A stretch of 63,509 bases of DNA, counting the filler, from Licmophora abbreviata (Eukaryota), in NCBI GenBank assembly GCA_900291995.1. It is 15 parts of 15 records of this genome, joined end to end, with 100 filler letters (N's around TTAATTAATTAA, not from the genome) between each part and the next. Parts side by side here need not be neighbours in the genome. Positions count along the whole stretch, not along the records: positions 5,175 to 13,593 come from OLMU01001458.1; positions 13,694 to 21,684 come from OLMU01001459.1; 13 more parts are not named here. One strand, written 5' to 3'. The notes beneath the pieces were generated by a model, which saw only the letters and a list, made by a program, of their open reading frames with translations, made no database searches and had not been told where the DNA came from. Shown here piece after piece: positions 10,570-21,600 of this stretch. The translations under genes and the position numbers were made by a program. The first letter of the stretch is position 1. Each line of letters opens with the position of its first letter.

Positions 10570-12861
10570 CTACGCTAAGACACTGTATACCTCTTTGGCT
10601 ACAGCCTTGGCCTTGTCACCATGGGGTGAAGCTGCCATTTCGACTCTGGATGTCAAATAAAGGGTGCGTGCTGCCTCTCTGGACTCTTTGCCGGCCAGAC
10701 ACACCGTTCCCAACGCGATCAGAGCACGCGCCGTGGCTTCGCTTTCGTACAACTTGCTTCCGAGCAGCTTGTCAACAATGCTGACAACTCGATGGCCCTG
10801 CAGCAATGACTGGTTGGTGTGAAGATACGAGCTAATATTGAGTAGCAGTGTCGCAACGGACAGTCGAACATTCTTGTTGCTGGCAGAAACGAACTTCTCG
10901 GCGCAGCCCAAAGCGCTGTCGAGATTGGTCACAATGGCTTCCAAGGATCCAGGTCCTCCACGGAAGCAGTTGGCACAGAGTCGAAGAGAAAGCATCGGTA
11001 CCGCAACTGTGGCCGTCCCGTCGTTCTCTGTCACTCGCTCGCATTGTTGAAAAGCTAATTGCAACACGTCGCTCCAATAGCTGCTCCGTTCGAGAGATGC
11101 TGCATCCGGATGTAGAACAGCCAGTCGCGCCAAGTCGATGGCAGGAAAACTATCGGTAGCCGGCCACTTTAGCATGTCGGTGATGACTCTTAGACCTTCC
11201 GATTCCATCTTGGTCGAATGGTATCGACTCGTTGCCCCCAGAGTTTGCAACAAAGAATCCAAGTGTGACAGCTGAGCCTCGCTCAAATTGCCCGTCTCTT
11301 TCAGTTTCATCTGCATCTTTTCCAACGACGCCACCTTGGCTAGTTCAAAAGCCAGATAACCCTTGGCAGGCAAGTGTTCAAACATGGCCATGGGAGCACC
11401 AGCCCCGACTGCCGCAGGCGGCGTATCGGTGGCTCCCAATGTCGTTGGCGCATGTCCTACTCGCTGCTGAATGTAGTCGGCGATCTGAGACAAGTGGTAC
11501 TGCGGTAGCATGTGCGCATCGATGAATCGCTGTGCCGCCACAAAAGTATTCTCTCCATTGTTATATCCAATCTGGAGTTTCACAACACCTCCATCGGACG
11601 TGTCCACCTCAATCGGCAATACATGGTCGTACTGGACACCGTCGATGACACCAGTGTCCTGCGAGGATCCCATGACTTGTCCCACCTCAATCCAAGTTCC
11701 CGACGCCGCACTCCACTGCGCTGCAATCGCCACGCCATCCTTATTAAAAACTTGAACCTGCCCTTCACTCTTTCCCTGTTGCAAGGCACTCAGTTCCCAT
11801 TTGGGGAGTTTGGCAACTTCGTCAGCGGACGGTCCCTTGGCCTGTTTGGTGACTGCCTCTTGGACGTCCGCGACGAATTTCTGTCGTTCTTCCAGGGGCG
11901 CCATACGGTCGGATACCTGTGTCCAGACCCGCAAGAATCCATCCTGACAACACGTGACCAAGTCGCCGTTCTCCAGCGTCCGCACCGACCACACGCACGA
12001 CGCATGTCGAATGACTTGCGGCTCGCCACCACCGTGTTGCCACACAAAGACATGTCCGTCTTCCGCTGATGCCGCCAAAACCTCGGTGGAAGCTGCAAGC
12101 GACAAGAGGATTGGTGGGTCTCTTATCAAACTACTCAGTGTCGCAGTGGATTCACCAGTTTCCATGGAGCGGAGCTTGACAGTTCCATCGTTGGAACAAG
12201 ATGCGAGGAGTTGGTCCCATACACAGACGTCGCGAATGGGTCCATCGTGATCGTTCTTGACATGACATGCAAGTTTGGAAGCGCCCTTCCTAGAGTCAGC
12301 TTGCCAAATCCGAACAGACATGTCGGATATAACATTGTTCTGAGCAGCACCGGCTGATCCTGTCGCGACGTACAGCAGGTCGTCGCGAGCAGATGTACTG
12401 GGAAGTGCGCAGACACTGACGGTATTCTCATGTCCCTCCAACGTCAGAACAAGCGACTTGGTCTGAACATTCCACAGTTTGGCTGTTCCATCCCACGATC
12501 CACTCCAAAAGAGAGTTTGGCTCGCCCAAGAGAGGCTGGTGACTGCCTTGTCGTGTCCCTCGAGCGTCGTGACGAGCTCGTGGGTGGTCGCATCAAAGAC
12601 GCGTATCTGAGCATCCTTACACCCCGTCAAGTAGTACTGTTGATTGGAAAGAAGAGCCGTCACGGCATGGTTGTGTTGAAAGTCGATGGGTACCATGTCA
12701 CCAGAAGGCATGTGAAACTCCCAAAGCATGCCTCCTTGTGTGCCCGCAAGCAGGCGATGCGTCGTGTTGTTGTCGTCCCTGGAAGGGGGAAGAACGCACG
12801 CGACGCGAAAGCCCTGGCCATCCGATGTGAATGACTGAGACAGTTCCCAGTCAGCTTGCAT
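10570..12861 (-). CDS. PLAA: Phospholipase A2-activating protein / Doa1-Ufd3 (WD40-PFU-PUL)
   Basis: WD40 repeats (GHDKAVTSL, SGSWDGTAKLW); PFU motif YDHVLPIEV...IGYNNGENTFVAAQRFI...YHLSQIADYI; PUL motif FPAIDLARL. Confidence 0.95.
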   Translation of the reverse strand: MQADWELSQSFTSDGQGFRVACVLPPSRDDNNTTHRLLAGTQGGMLWEFHMPSGDMVPIDFQHNHAVTALLSNQQYYLTGCKDAQIRVFDATTHELVTTLEGHDKAVTSLSWASQTLFWSGSWDGTAKLWNVQTKSLVLTLEGHENTVSVCALPSTSARDDLLYVATGSAGAAQNNVISDMSVRIWQADSRKGASKLACHVKNDHDGPIRDVCVWDQLLASCSNDGTVKLRSMETGESTATLSSLIRDPPILLSLAASTEVLAASAEDGHVFVWQHGGGEPQVIRHASCVWSVRTLENGDLVTCCQDGFLRVWTQVSDRMAPLEERQKFVADVQEAVTKQAKGPSADEVAKLPKWELSALQQGKSEGQVQVFNKDGVAIAAQWSAASGTWIEVGQVMGSSQDTGVIDGVQYDHVLPIEVDTSDGGVVKLQIGYNNGENTFVAAQRFIDAHMLPQYHLSQIADYIQQRVGHAPTTLGATDTPPAAVGAGAPMAMFEHLPAKGYLAFELAKVASLEKMQMKLKETGNLSEAQLSHLDSLLQTLGATSRYHSTKMESEGLRVITDMLKWPATDSFPAIDLARLAVLHPDAASLERSSYWSDVLQLAFQQCERVTENDGTATVAVPMLSLRLCANCFRGGPGSLEAIVTNLDSALGCAEKFVSASNKNVRLSVATLLLNISSYLHTNQSLLQGHRVVSIVDKLLGSKLYESEATARALIALGTVCLAGKESREAARTLYLTSRVEMAASPHGDKAKAVAKEVYSVLA

Positions 12862-13007
12862 TGTAGAGTAGTCAATCTATGAGTAGGAGGAGAGACAGAG
12901 CAGGAGAGCGGCGGCAACGCGGCAGACACCGTTCAAATGCGCCATGGCGAAACGTCGCGAAGCTTGGAGACGGCCTTTCATCCGGGTGCCTAGAAGTGTG
13001 TTTGCAA

Positions 13008-13019
13008 CATGACGTCATG
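13008..13019. promoter_or_regulatory. Perfect CRE-type bZIP palindrome CATGACGTCATG in the PLAA/SelS bidirectional promoter
   Basis: 12-bp perfect palindrome containing TGACGTCA in the 241-bp head-to-head intergenic region. Function is inferred. Confidence 0.45.
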
Positions 13020-13102
13020 ATGACACTTTGAAATGACAATCTCAAATCGTGACTGCGATTTATTTTTCAAGGACCGGAGCCACACTCTGCAGCGATCCAA
13101 CC

Positions 13103-13827
13103 ATGGCGGTAGCGGACATGCTCAACGGCGTGGCTGTTGCCATCCAGCTGACCTGGACCTATCTACAGAAAAATGCATGGCCCATCATTTTTCTCCTAGT
13201 GGCAGGATATTATCTAAAGACAATGGGTAAGTGGCGAGAGAGGAAAGCGAATGCTGTGCGGCTTTTCCGTCGTGTGACAATGACTCTCGACCCATTTGCT
13301 CATTGCAGTCGAGCCCTTTTTTGATAATCTTTCTTTCCAGTTTTGGACAAAATGATGGTGAAAGGGCCACGCGACTCGGTCAGTCGAACGCGTTCTCTGG
13401 AAGACGACATGAGACGAGTCCGACTGCAGCAGCAGGAACTCGCCCAGCAGCGTGCCCTGGAGGCACAAAAGGAACGTCAACAAACGGAGGCCGAGGAGAA
13501 GAAGCGAAAGGCCGAGCAAGTCAAAAAGAAAAAGAACGCATTGGATGACCCTTATAAGAAAGGGGGAAAGACATTGGGCTATGCGGATGATAANNNNNNN
13601 NNNNNNNNNNNNNNNNNNNNNNNNNNNNNNNNNNNNNTTAATTAATTAANNNNNNNNNNNNNNNNNNNNNNNNNNNNNNNNNNNNNNNNNNNNATAAGAA
13701 AGGGGGAAAGACATTGGGCTATGCGGATGATAATACAACAAGATCGTACAATGCCCTCAATCCCAACAACAATCCGACATCGCGGTACAGACCTTCACGT
13801 CGAACGACGCGAAGAGGATGAGCGTAA
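13103..13827 (+). CDS. SELENOS: Selenoprotein S-like (VIMP) ER membrane protein; Sec-UGA at 13819-13821, stop TAA 13825-13827; intron 13227-13340
   Basis: N-terminal TM helix, then a coiled coil, then SYNALNP...SRYRPSRRTTRRG-TGA-GCG-TAA, matching the SelS ending (YNPL...WRPGRRG...GU-x-stop). Contig ends overlap by 40 bp (13554-13593 = 13694-13733), so the CDS is complete. A SECIS candidate lies downstream. Confidence 0.85.
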
Positions 13828-13916
13828 GGGAACAAGTCTATTGAAATGAGCTGTATGGAAGAAGGAGAGAGACAGCAGATAGAATAGTCTTGGTGCAAAA
13901 TCACAGAACGGGCGTG

Positions 13917-14010
13917 GATGTGTAGCGGCGGAATGACGTGAATCAATAACTGCCAAATCTCATCGATTTTTTGCGGTCTGACTCACTGACACATTGCAAC
14001 TACAGTCATC
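13917..14010 (+). promoter_or_regulatory. Candidate SECIS element of the SelS-like gene
   Basis: AUGAC 13933-13937 faces UGAC 13987-13990. Helix GUGAAUCA/UGACUCAC; AA at 13948-13949, 11 nt after AUGA; upper stems ACUGC/GCGGU and AAAUC/GAUUU; lower stems GCGG/UUGC, UGUAG/CUACA and GAUG/CAUC. Folded by eye. Confidence 0.7.
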
Positions 14011-14576
14011 ATATAATGATAACGGGCAAACATGCTTGTTCTGTTGTTTTATCGACAGTTATAAAGAGAGAACTCTAGTTTTATGGGGCAATGACCTCAG
14101 TGCCATTTTTAGAGGCCGGCTCTCATGCTACAAGGTCCTACCTACCGGTACTCGTACATTGGTCTACTGTGGTAGCAGCACCATGGAAGATTGCCGATTC
14201 GCGCGCTTTCCATGATTCGGCAGGTTCCAGGTAGTAGGGAATGAGAATCGTGTACACGTAACTAACTGGTTCTGTTAATAAAGGTCATGATTGATGGTTG
14301 ATGATGGGTGATTGGTAAGAAGCCAAAACGGCAAAACGGAAACCGTTCCATCGCGGTATACTTGAAGTTCTCATTTGGTAGCTGAAGAACATGTTCTCTT
14401 TTATGGCGGAGACACTCGGATGCTTTTTCACCGCTGACGATCGTGGAGAACAGGTCATTACTTATGGAATAGGACGTCACAGGGTCAGAATGGTCCAACC
14501 CCATTTAAAGTTTGTCGGTGGTCACGCACATCACAAATTTCATCAGCCTGCTGAAATTGTCCGAGAAGAGCACACG

Positions 14577-15500
14577 ATGAGCGAATCCAAAGCCCCTTCC
14601 TCCGACCGTGCGACCTCTGACGAGCCCTCTTCCTCATCTGGTCGTCCATCGGACATTGGCGTAGCCCGGCCATCACCAGCGGGGCAGTCATCGTCGTCAT
14701 CGGCATCATCCGAGGATGTTGCACGCCATGGCCTGGATCCTAGTATTCATCGTACGGACGATCATTCTGCGACTGATAGTAAAGAAGATGATGAAAAGAA
14801 ACACAAACGAATCATGGCAAATCGTCGATCGGCTCGAGCCAGTCGTGAGCGCCGGATCAAGTACACCCTTGACCTGGAGAAGACTGTCGATGATGTCACA
14901 GCCCAGAATGCGGGACTGGTAAGACAGAACGAGATACTAGTGCAAGAGGTGCGCATTCTCTCGCAGGAAGTTGCAATGTATCGGAACGCTGTGGGCAGCC
15001 TTCCAAGAAGTGACGCTTTTTCGTCTGCTCGATGGCCAGGACCCGCTGTTGCTGTCGGTGGTGCGAGCACTTCCTCGCTTGGGTTTCCGATGGGACAACA
15101 CCTTAGCTCATTGGTGAATCAGCAGTCGGCTTTTCCGTCTTCCATGGGCATACCCTCCTCTACACGACAACACGGTGCGGCTGGTATGTTCTCAGCGGCC
15201 GTGGGTTCTGGATTGACAGGCCTGGAACGTAACCAAATGCTGTACAGGGGGAATGTACCTGGCAGTGGCGTATCAACGGGTTCCCAAAAAGGTACTTCTC
15301 CCTCTACTCTTGTCGGAGGAGCTCCTCGTGCTCCCATTCCTGATGGAGAACTTGAGCTTCTTGCAGCACGCCAGCAACAGGAGCGCCAGAGTTCACGTAA
15401 CGCGTCTCTACAGGAAGAGCTCGGTCGGCAGCAGTTTGAACGAAAGCAGCAGCCACCGAAATATGAACGCGATGGTGGAGGCGGCGGAAAGAAGAAGTAG
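14577..15500 (+). CDS. bZIP transcription factor
   Basis: Basic region KRIMANRRSARASRERR followed by a heptad zipper. The start is uncertain: 14577 chosen, but the ORF is open from 14391. Confidence 0.9.
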   Translation: MSESKAPSSDRATSDEPSSSSGRPSDIGVARPSPAGQSSSSSASSEDVARHGLDPSIHRTDDHSATDSKEDDEKKHKRIMANRRSARASRERRIKYTLDLEKTVDDVTAQNAGLVRQNEILVQEVRILSQEVAMYRNAVGSLPRSDAFSSARWPGPAVAVGGASTSSLGFPMGQHLSSLVNQQSAFPSSMGIPSSTRQHGAAGMFSAAVGSGLTGLERNQMLYRGNVPGSGVSTGSQKGTSPSTLVGGAPRAPIPDGELELLAARQQQERQSSRNASLQEELGRQQFERKQQPPKYERDGGGGGKKK

Positions 15501-16162
15501 CCACATGGTTGACAATCAAGCCGTCTATTCTGCTGTTGGTACATGCTATGGAGGCTCGTAGCCTTGAGGCAGATGGGGGCTAGCAAGTTGTGGTTACAGG
15601 ACACGAAGCGAGCGGGCGGCGTTGTTTGCGACTCAGGCGGGTGGTCGCCTAGTTGTCCAGCGAGCTTTACATTGCTATAGCACAAAGAATTTTGGGACCA
15701 ATTGTTTGTCGATGCTACCGGTCGATCTTCCAACCTGCGCAGTGTGTCGTCAAGCTAGCGTTGAGAGGCGGTAGTCTACCTAGGGTAGTAAATTAGCTCT
15801 AGGAGATCGATCCGCAATCGTCCATGTCATGCAACCAACCTGTCGAAGGTAGCTCAATGAGTCAAGGCGCTGGAAGGGTGTACACTTTGATCCGATTGGG
15901 TACGGTACGCATGATAATAAGGGCCTAGACTACCAGGTATGACTTCGAGATCGTAGTGGCTGTGCCGCGTCGGCTCCGTCCACACGGGTCACGCCGTCGT
16001 CCGCTGCGATGATCTGGTGACGGACAGACGCTCTTAGATTCGACGCGATTTCGCTCGTCTTCGTTCCGCCGCCACGATGACGCCACAGGTGTGAGCCGCG
16101 TTGACTCCCGACTCGACTGATTCATTCGCAAGCCTTACAATCGTTCGAGAGCGAAGAGCGTG

Positions 16163-17344
16163 ATGAAGTCCTCCTCCATCCTACTGCTGGGACGCCGGGT
16201 CGCTTCAGGACAGTCAAGTCGCCAGCATGCATCGCTGTTGATGCTTCAATCGCGTCGTGCACTGTCCTCCTATTCATTTGACATTCCTGGGTTCGGGGGA
16301 GGTGGGGGCCGCGGAGCCACGAATTGGCCCATTACCAAGTCCAATACAGTCTTCAACATTGTCCCCGAGGGCCACAAGTTTGTCGTGGAACGATTCGGAA
16401 AGCTGAACGAAATCCACCACAGCGGCTGGTTCTTGGCCATTCCCTTTGTCGATCAGATTGCCTATGTGATTGACATCAGGGAACGGGCCATTGATATTCC
16501 TCCACAGAGTGCCATTACGAGAGACAACGTCAGCGTTGAAGTCTCGGGAAACCTCTTTGTCCGCTTTGTGGATCCCGAGCGAGCCGCCTATGGGGCTTTC
16601 AATCCGCTCTACTCTGTCATGCAGGTACTTACGCAGCCTTGAGAACGATTTGAATGCAGATACTATCAAGCGTCTTATTTCTCACTCTTTGGTGTGCTTC
16701 TCTCTCTCTATCGTTAGCACGCTCAAAGTGCCATGCGTAGTGCTATTGGAGAGATGGAACTAGATGAGATTCTTCATGGTCGCGCCCGACTGAATGCTCT
16801 CATCAAGGGATCGCTACAGGAAGCCGCAGTACCCTGGGGTTTGGAAATTCGTCGTTATGAAATTACCGAAATTACACCGGATCAGCAAATTCGGCTCGCC
16901 ATGGACAAGCAGGCAGCGGCAGAACGTGATCGACGAGAACATGTGTTGCGTGCAGAGGGAGACAAGCAGCGAGCGCAATTGACGAGTGAGGGAGTCAAGA
17001 TCTCGCTTACCAATGAGTCGGAGGGTAATTTGATCAAGGTGGAGAATGAGGCCTCTGCCTTCAAGACTAAGATTCTTCGGGAAGCAGAAGCCCAGGCGGC
17101 AGCCATTAGGATGACGGCAGCAGCACAGGCGGAGGCGCTCAAAGTGATCGCAGGCGAGCTGGAGAAGCCTGGTGGGCAACACGCAGCGCAGCTGGCACTT
17201 GCACGCGACTACGTGTCCATGTATGGTGAGATGGGCAAGGAGAGCAACACGATGATATTCAACGAGCGACCGGCGGACGTCTCTGCCCTCTTGGCACAAG
17301 CAGTGACGGCGATGAATGCGGCTCCAGCGCCGAGCAAGCGGTAA
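16163..17344 (+). CDS. STOML2: Stomatin-like protein 2 (mitochondrial SPFH/band-7); intron 16625-16717
   Basis: VVERFGK...QSAITRDNVSVEV, spliced MQ|HAQSAMRSAIG, WGLEIRRYEI, C-terminal band-7 region, Arg/Ser-rich presequence. Confidence 0.92.
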
Positions 17345-17464
17345 CACCTGTTTTGGACGTCGGTGCGCCTACTTCCTCGGTCGACCAAAGTACTGCCAGT
17401 GGCTCTTCCGGCGCTAACAAGTAGACTAAGTAGTTCATCGTTTATCGAGTCTAGCGGACGGAGC

Positions 17465-18271
17465 TCACAGCGTATTGGAACTTTTCACGGGCTCAACTTT
17501 CTCTGACGAGCTTAACTGGCGGAGAGGGCCGCAAAGGACTCGACTGTATCGCCACTTTATCGCAAAATCCCAATCTTGTTGCACTGTCTTGTATATGTCG
17601 AGGGCGGCCCGTGCGTCTTCTGCAGGGCAATGTTCTTGTCCTTCCACCTGAATATCGATTCCTAAGACTTCGTCTGCCAGCTCTTTGAGGCGCTTCGGAC
17701 GAAAGCCATGCTTGAGGAATGGCTCGTAGGTAGCGGAGTCCCGCACGAGAACCCATGGATGAGAAAACTTCAAGACGTCCAGATCGTTGTACAGAGCATG
17801 TCCAACAAGGATCTTGTTGGCAACATGACGTCGTACAAGAGAGCGACATCGCTCGTAGTCGATCGCGCCAGGAGAATGGATGTCTGCGGGACGAACTCCA
17901 GAAACAAAGGTGCGATAATCGGTGACAGTCTCAGTGGGTTTCACGAACGTATCAAGGATCGTATTCCCATTCCAATCGACGATAGCTACACGGGCCAGCA
18001 TAGATCGATGCCCACCTTCTCCCACGCCCACCATCTCGCAGTCAAGAGCAACGATATCGCCTGGTCGAAAAATGAAGTTATGAGTTGCGTTGGCGGGGAG
18101 TGAGAGTGAGGGCGGAACTTTCTGATTGTCCGTGACTTTGTGGTTTGCTCCGCGTTTGCGACGGCGGCGGCGACGGCGTCTCTTCTTCGTCTGTTGTCCC
18201 GGATCAACCCAGAGATTCCGACTCGTCTGCGAACGAATCGGATGGACCGGCAGCGACGAGTCTTTATACAT
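17465..18271 (-). CDS. REXO4: RNA exonuclease 4-like DEDDh exonuclease
   Basis: VALDCEMVGVG, VTDYRTFVSG, ILVGHALYNDL, RDSA, EHCPAEDARAAL; basic NLS-like tract. Confidence 0.9.
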   Translation of the reverse strand: MYKDSSLPVHPIRSQTSRNLWVDPGQQTKKRRRRRRRRKRGANHKVTDNQKVPPSLSLPANATHNFIFRPGDIVALDCEMVGVGEGGHRSMLARVAIVDWNGNTILDTFVKPTETVTDYRTFVSGVRPADIHSPGAIDYERCRSLVRRHVANKILVGHALYNDLDVLKFSHPWVLVRDSATYEPFLKHGFRPKRLKELADEVLGIDIQVEGQEHCPAEDARAALDIYKTVQQDWDFAIKWRYSRVLCGPLRQLSSSEKVEPVKSSNTL

Positions 18272-18605
18272 ATTCTTTGGTTTTAAGATGGCAACGATAG
18301 AATGAGTAGATTAACGAACGAGCAAACCAGCGACAGCTTTGGGAGCGGTGACGAACCATTCTCATCATCAGAACGAACGCAGTCTCAATTGTAGCATAAT
18401 GAGCCAGCAAGAAGTGAATCGACCAGGAAATGGTGCGTACAATCGAAGGAGGCAGGTTTTCAAAGTGATTTGAAAATGTATTTCAAACTCTTCGAATGTT
18501 TTGGACAGCGAGTTTCGAATTTTTAAAATGTAGCGGCAAGCAGATGATGTACCAAAGCTACGGGCCATGTTGAAAGGTAGCCCAACGAGACGGAATCTGC
18601 AATCA

Positions 18606-21600
18606 TCAACCATCCACAAGAAAATCTTCCAGGTCAACATAGGCATCGTCGTCAAAACCGCCATCCTGTCCGCGCTCTTGGTCTAGATGCAGCCACTCGT
18701 CTACCAGCTGGTTTCGACTCCGAATCACACGCTGGCGCCGAGCCTTTCGGACTCTGTTCATCTGAGCTGATTGTTTTTGTCGCTTGGAACTTCTAAGTGA
18801 AGAGTCGACAAGGATCATGCCAAAAGACTCTTGGCTGGAAGAGGCAGCCAATTTATCCTGAACAGTTTTGCAGAAAGCGCCTGTGTTCGCGCCGCCGGTG
18901 GAAGATTTAGAGTCCTCATTCCGGTCGTATCCAACGAGAAGAGAGTCAAGCGTATGGGTTGGCTGCAAGCCTTCGGATGACGTGCGTTTTAGCTTGGTTA
19001 GTAAGCCATGGAGTCTCTGGAGGCTCCTTTCCAGCTCTTCCATTCGATATAGAACTTTGGGGAGTCGGTCAAGAATTGATCTGTCCGAGTTCTCCACTTT
19101 TTCCGCCTCGTACCAGCGGCGTGAACCGACGACGTAGTCCGAGCCATCATCCGTGCTAGAAAGACACCACGCAGACATGCATCCTACGGCTTCCGCGACA
19201 GCTGTCAGGTCGGCGTTGCGGCCTGCTCGGAGGTACGACGCAACACGACGCACCGAAGCCAATAATACAGTCGTCATTCGATCAAGTAGGGAGCACAAGC
19301 GAGCCTTCAGTGGGCCGGGGAGCGCTGCAGCCTTGACTGTTTGCTTCGAATCAGAAGCATCTTTTCGAGTGCCAGTCCGGCTGACAGTGTGGTTAGCCAG
19401 CATCTCTGTAGTAGCAGTCATAATGCATTGGAGCTCCTTTTTTCTGTACACCGCGAAAGGACTTATCTTTCCCAATGCCTTATTTTGCGTGTATTCGCTC
19501 GCGGTGGTGTGCCGTAGATTTCGGTGTGACTCGACCCAGTTCTGTTCCATCGCCAACAGAGAACAGGAGTAAGCCCATGCCCAAGTATCTTTCGTTGGCA
19601 GCTTCAGCTTCAGCTTCGATTCTGTATCATCAGAGTAACATGCTCTATTCTTCTGCTGACATGGGATGACCACGACTGACGGTATTGCTTCAGAGGTCTG
19701 ACCCATCGCTGACTCCTCCACTGTGATGGTGTCGTCACAATTGAGCTGCTCCAATCCAACGATCTCAGCCCATGATGTGTTTGATTTCAGTCCTAGATCG
19801 ATCCATTTCTTCAGAACCTCTTGCGAACGGTGGAGGACTTCGATTGAGAAAGTGTCATTCTCTAGGTCCAACAAATCCATGTGCGCTTCTTCGATATTAG
19901 CGCATAATACTCGGTAGGCACGTCGATGGAGAGAGGGTAACGTATGGATTGTCAACATGAGAGTCTTTTTGAATGGGGCGGATCTCCGCAATGGATACCT
20001 GTACATGATGGTCCTCAGAATCTTCCCGTTGTTTCGAGCACATTGAGCCACCTTCAAACACGACCGGATGTCGACGCTTCCCTTTTCGCATATTGTCAAT
20101 AGAATGGAGGAGATGCACGTAATGGCATCAATAAATGCGAGGAAGATCTCGTCAGATAAGCCGCCACTGTCGCCTTTCAGACCACATCGTATATCGGAAC
20201 ACAACACATCGAAGCAACTGATCCAAAATGGGGCACACAGCGCATCTGGACGCGCTTCGACAAAAATCTTTTCTACGTTTTCAGCGATATGTGAAACATA
20301 TATGGTACTCGCATGAAGTGCAGTCATGACTGTGTAGCGCACATGCCTCACAAACTCATCAATATCATCGTCAGTCCGAAGCGCATTGAGGGACAGGGGT
20401 CTTTCGTGTTCTGTCGAGCCACCAGTTCCGTCTCCTTCCAGACAGTTATCTTCAAGGTATTCGATCAGTAATTTTGATGCTTCTTCGCTAGCCACAGACT
20501 CGTATAGACTAACCACGTTGTCGACAAGAGAGAGGAGGGCCCTCCGTGGCAATGATGAGCTGGAGTGCAGAAGGCCGGGTACTGCTTTGCAATACACCAA
20601 GGATGAGTTGAGAATAGCGCTGGTCTCTAGCACACTCCAGTTCTCTTGGGTTGCTCTACTTAGCATCTCAGTTGATAATTCGAAAAGATCGGCGGAAGCT
20701 TCGGCTAGAGTGGAGTGATCAAAGCTCACATCTGGGAGCCGGGTATCACTTCTTCCTCGTGTTGTCTCTAGCTTGCTAGTACGGACATTTGTTTTCTTCA
20801 TCGCAGCTTCGCGCTTGATCTCAATGAGGGAGCTCACACCAAGTAAAATAGTCTTTGTGTCTTCCAGTGCTTCATCGTCGCTCGAAATACGCCACAGAGG
20901 GCTGAGGAGGACACGAACAAAGACGTCAGCTGCGGACAAAACCATTCCCCGGATCTCCTTGTCTTCCCGCTGAGGATAGCTAGAAGTGTCTCTCGAAGCA
21001 AGCGTTTGACCATGTGTCCAATTTGGAACCACGTCGTGATATATCCTACATGCGGCTGCTTCTTGGAGGACGAGCTCCGACACCAATCGCTCTCGAATAC
21101 CCTCCGAAGCGTCACCGTTGGTCCTCGCCTCATTTTGGTGTGACGTCAAAAACGTAAGGAGCGCCATCATGGACAAGCAGGCAGCTTTGTAGCAGAGCTG
21201 CTCTTTACCTTCGTCGAACCAGTTTGCTCGCTCAAGAGGCTGTATCTGGCACTTCAAAAGGTCAGATTCATCTCGATGCGCCAACAGCAATCGCGCGATT
21301 CTGTTGTGATAAGCGGACACTATCTGCTTCCTTTCCATCGATTGAGGGTCCGCAGCTTTCATGTCACAATTGAGTAGAAATACAAGTAGACTGAACAGCG
21401 CAGGAATGTCATCATTGAGAACTTTACGTTCCATCCCCCCAACGGAATTAGAGGACCAGCGCGAAAAGATGCGGCTGGTGTCAAACCGCAGCTTGCTTCC
21501 CTCGCTACTTTCAAAAAAATTGAAGAGACGCACCAGCACAGCTCGGAGTAAATGCAGCGTAGTATCAGGTGGGAAGGAGCCTTTTGTAGCAAGCCCAATA

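Noticed and set aside
13554..13733. Apparent direct repeats flanking gaps (40 bp here, 10 bp at 56445/56555, 15 bp at 60634/60749) as target-site duplications
   Set aside because: They are unmerged contig overlaps; collapsing the first two restores continuous reading frames.
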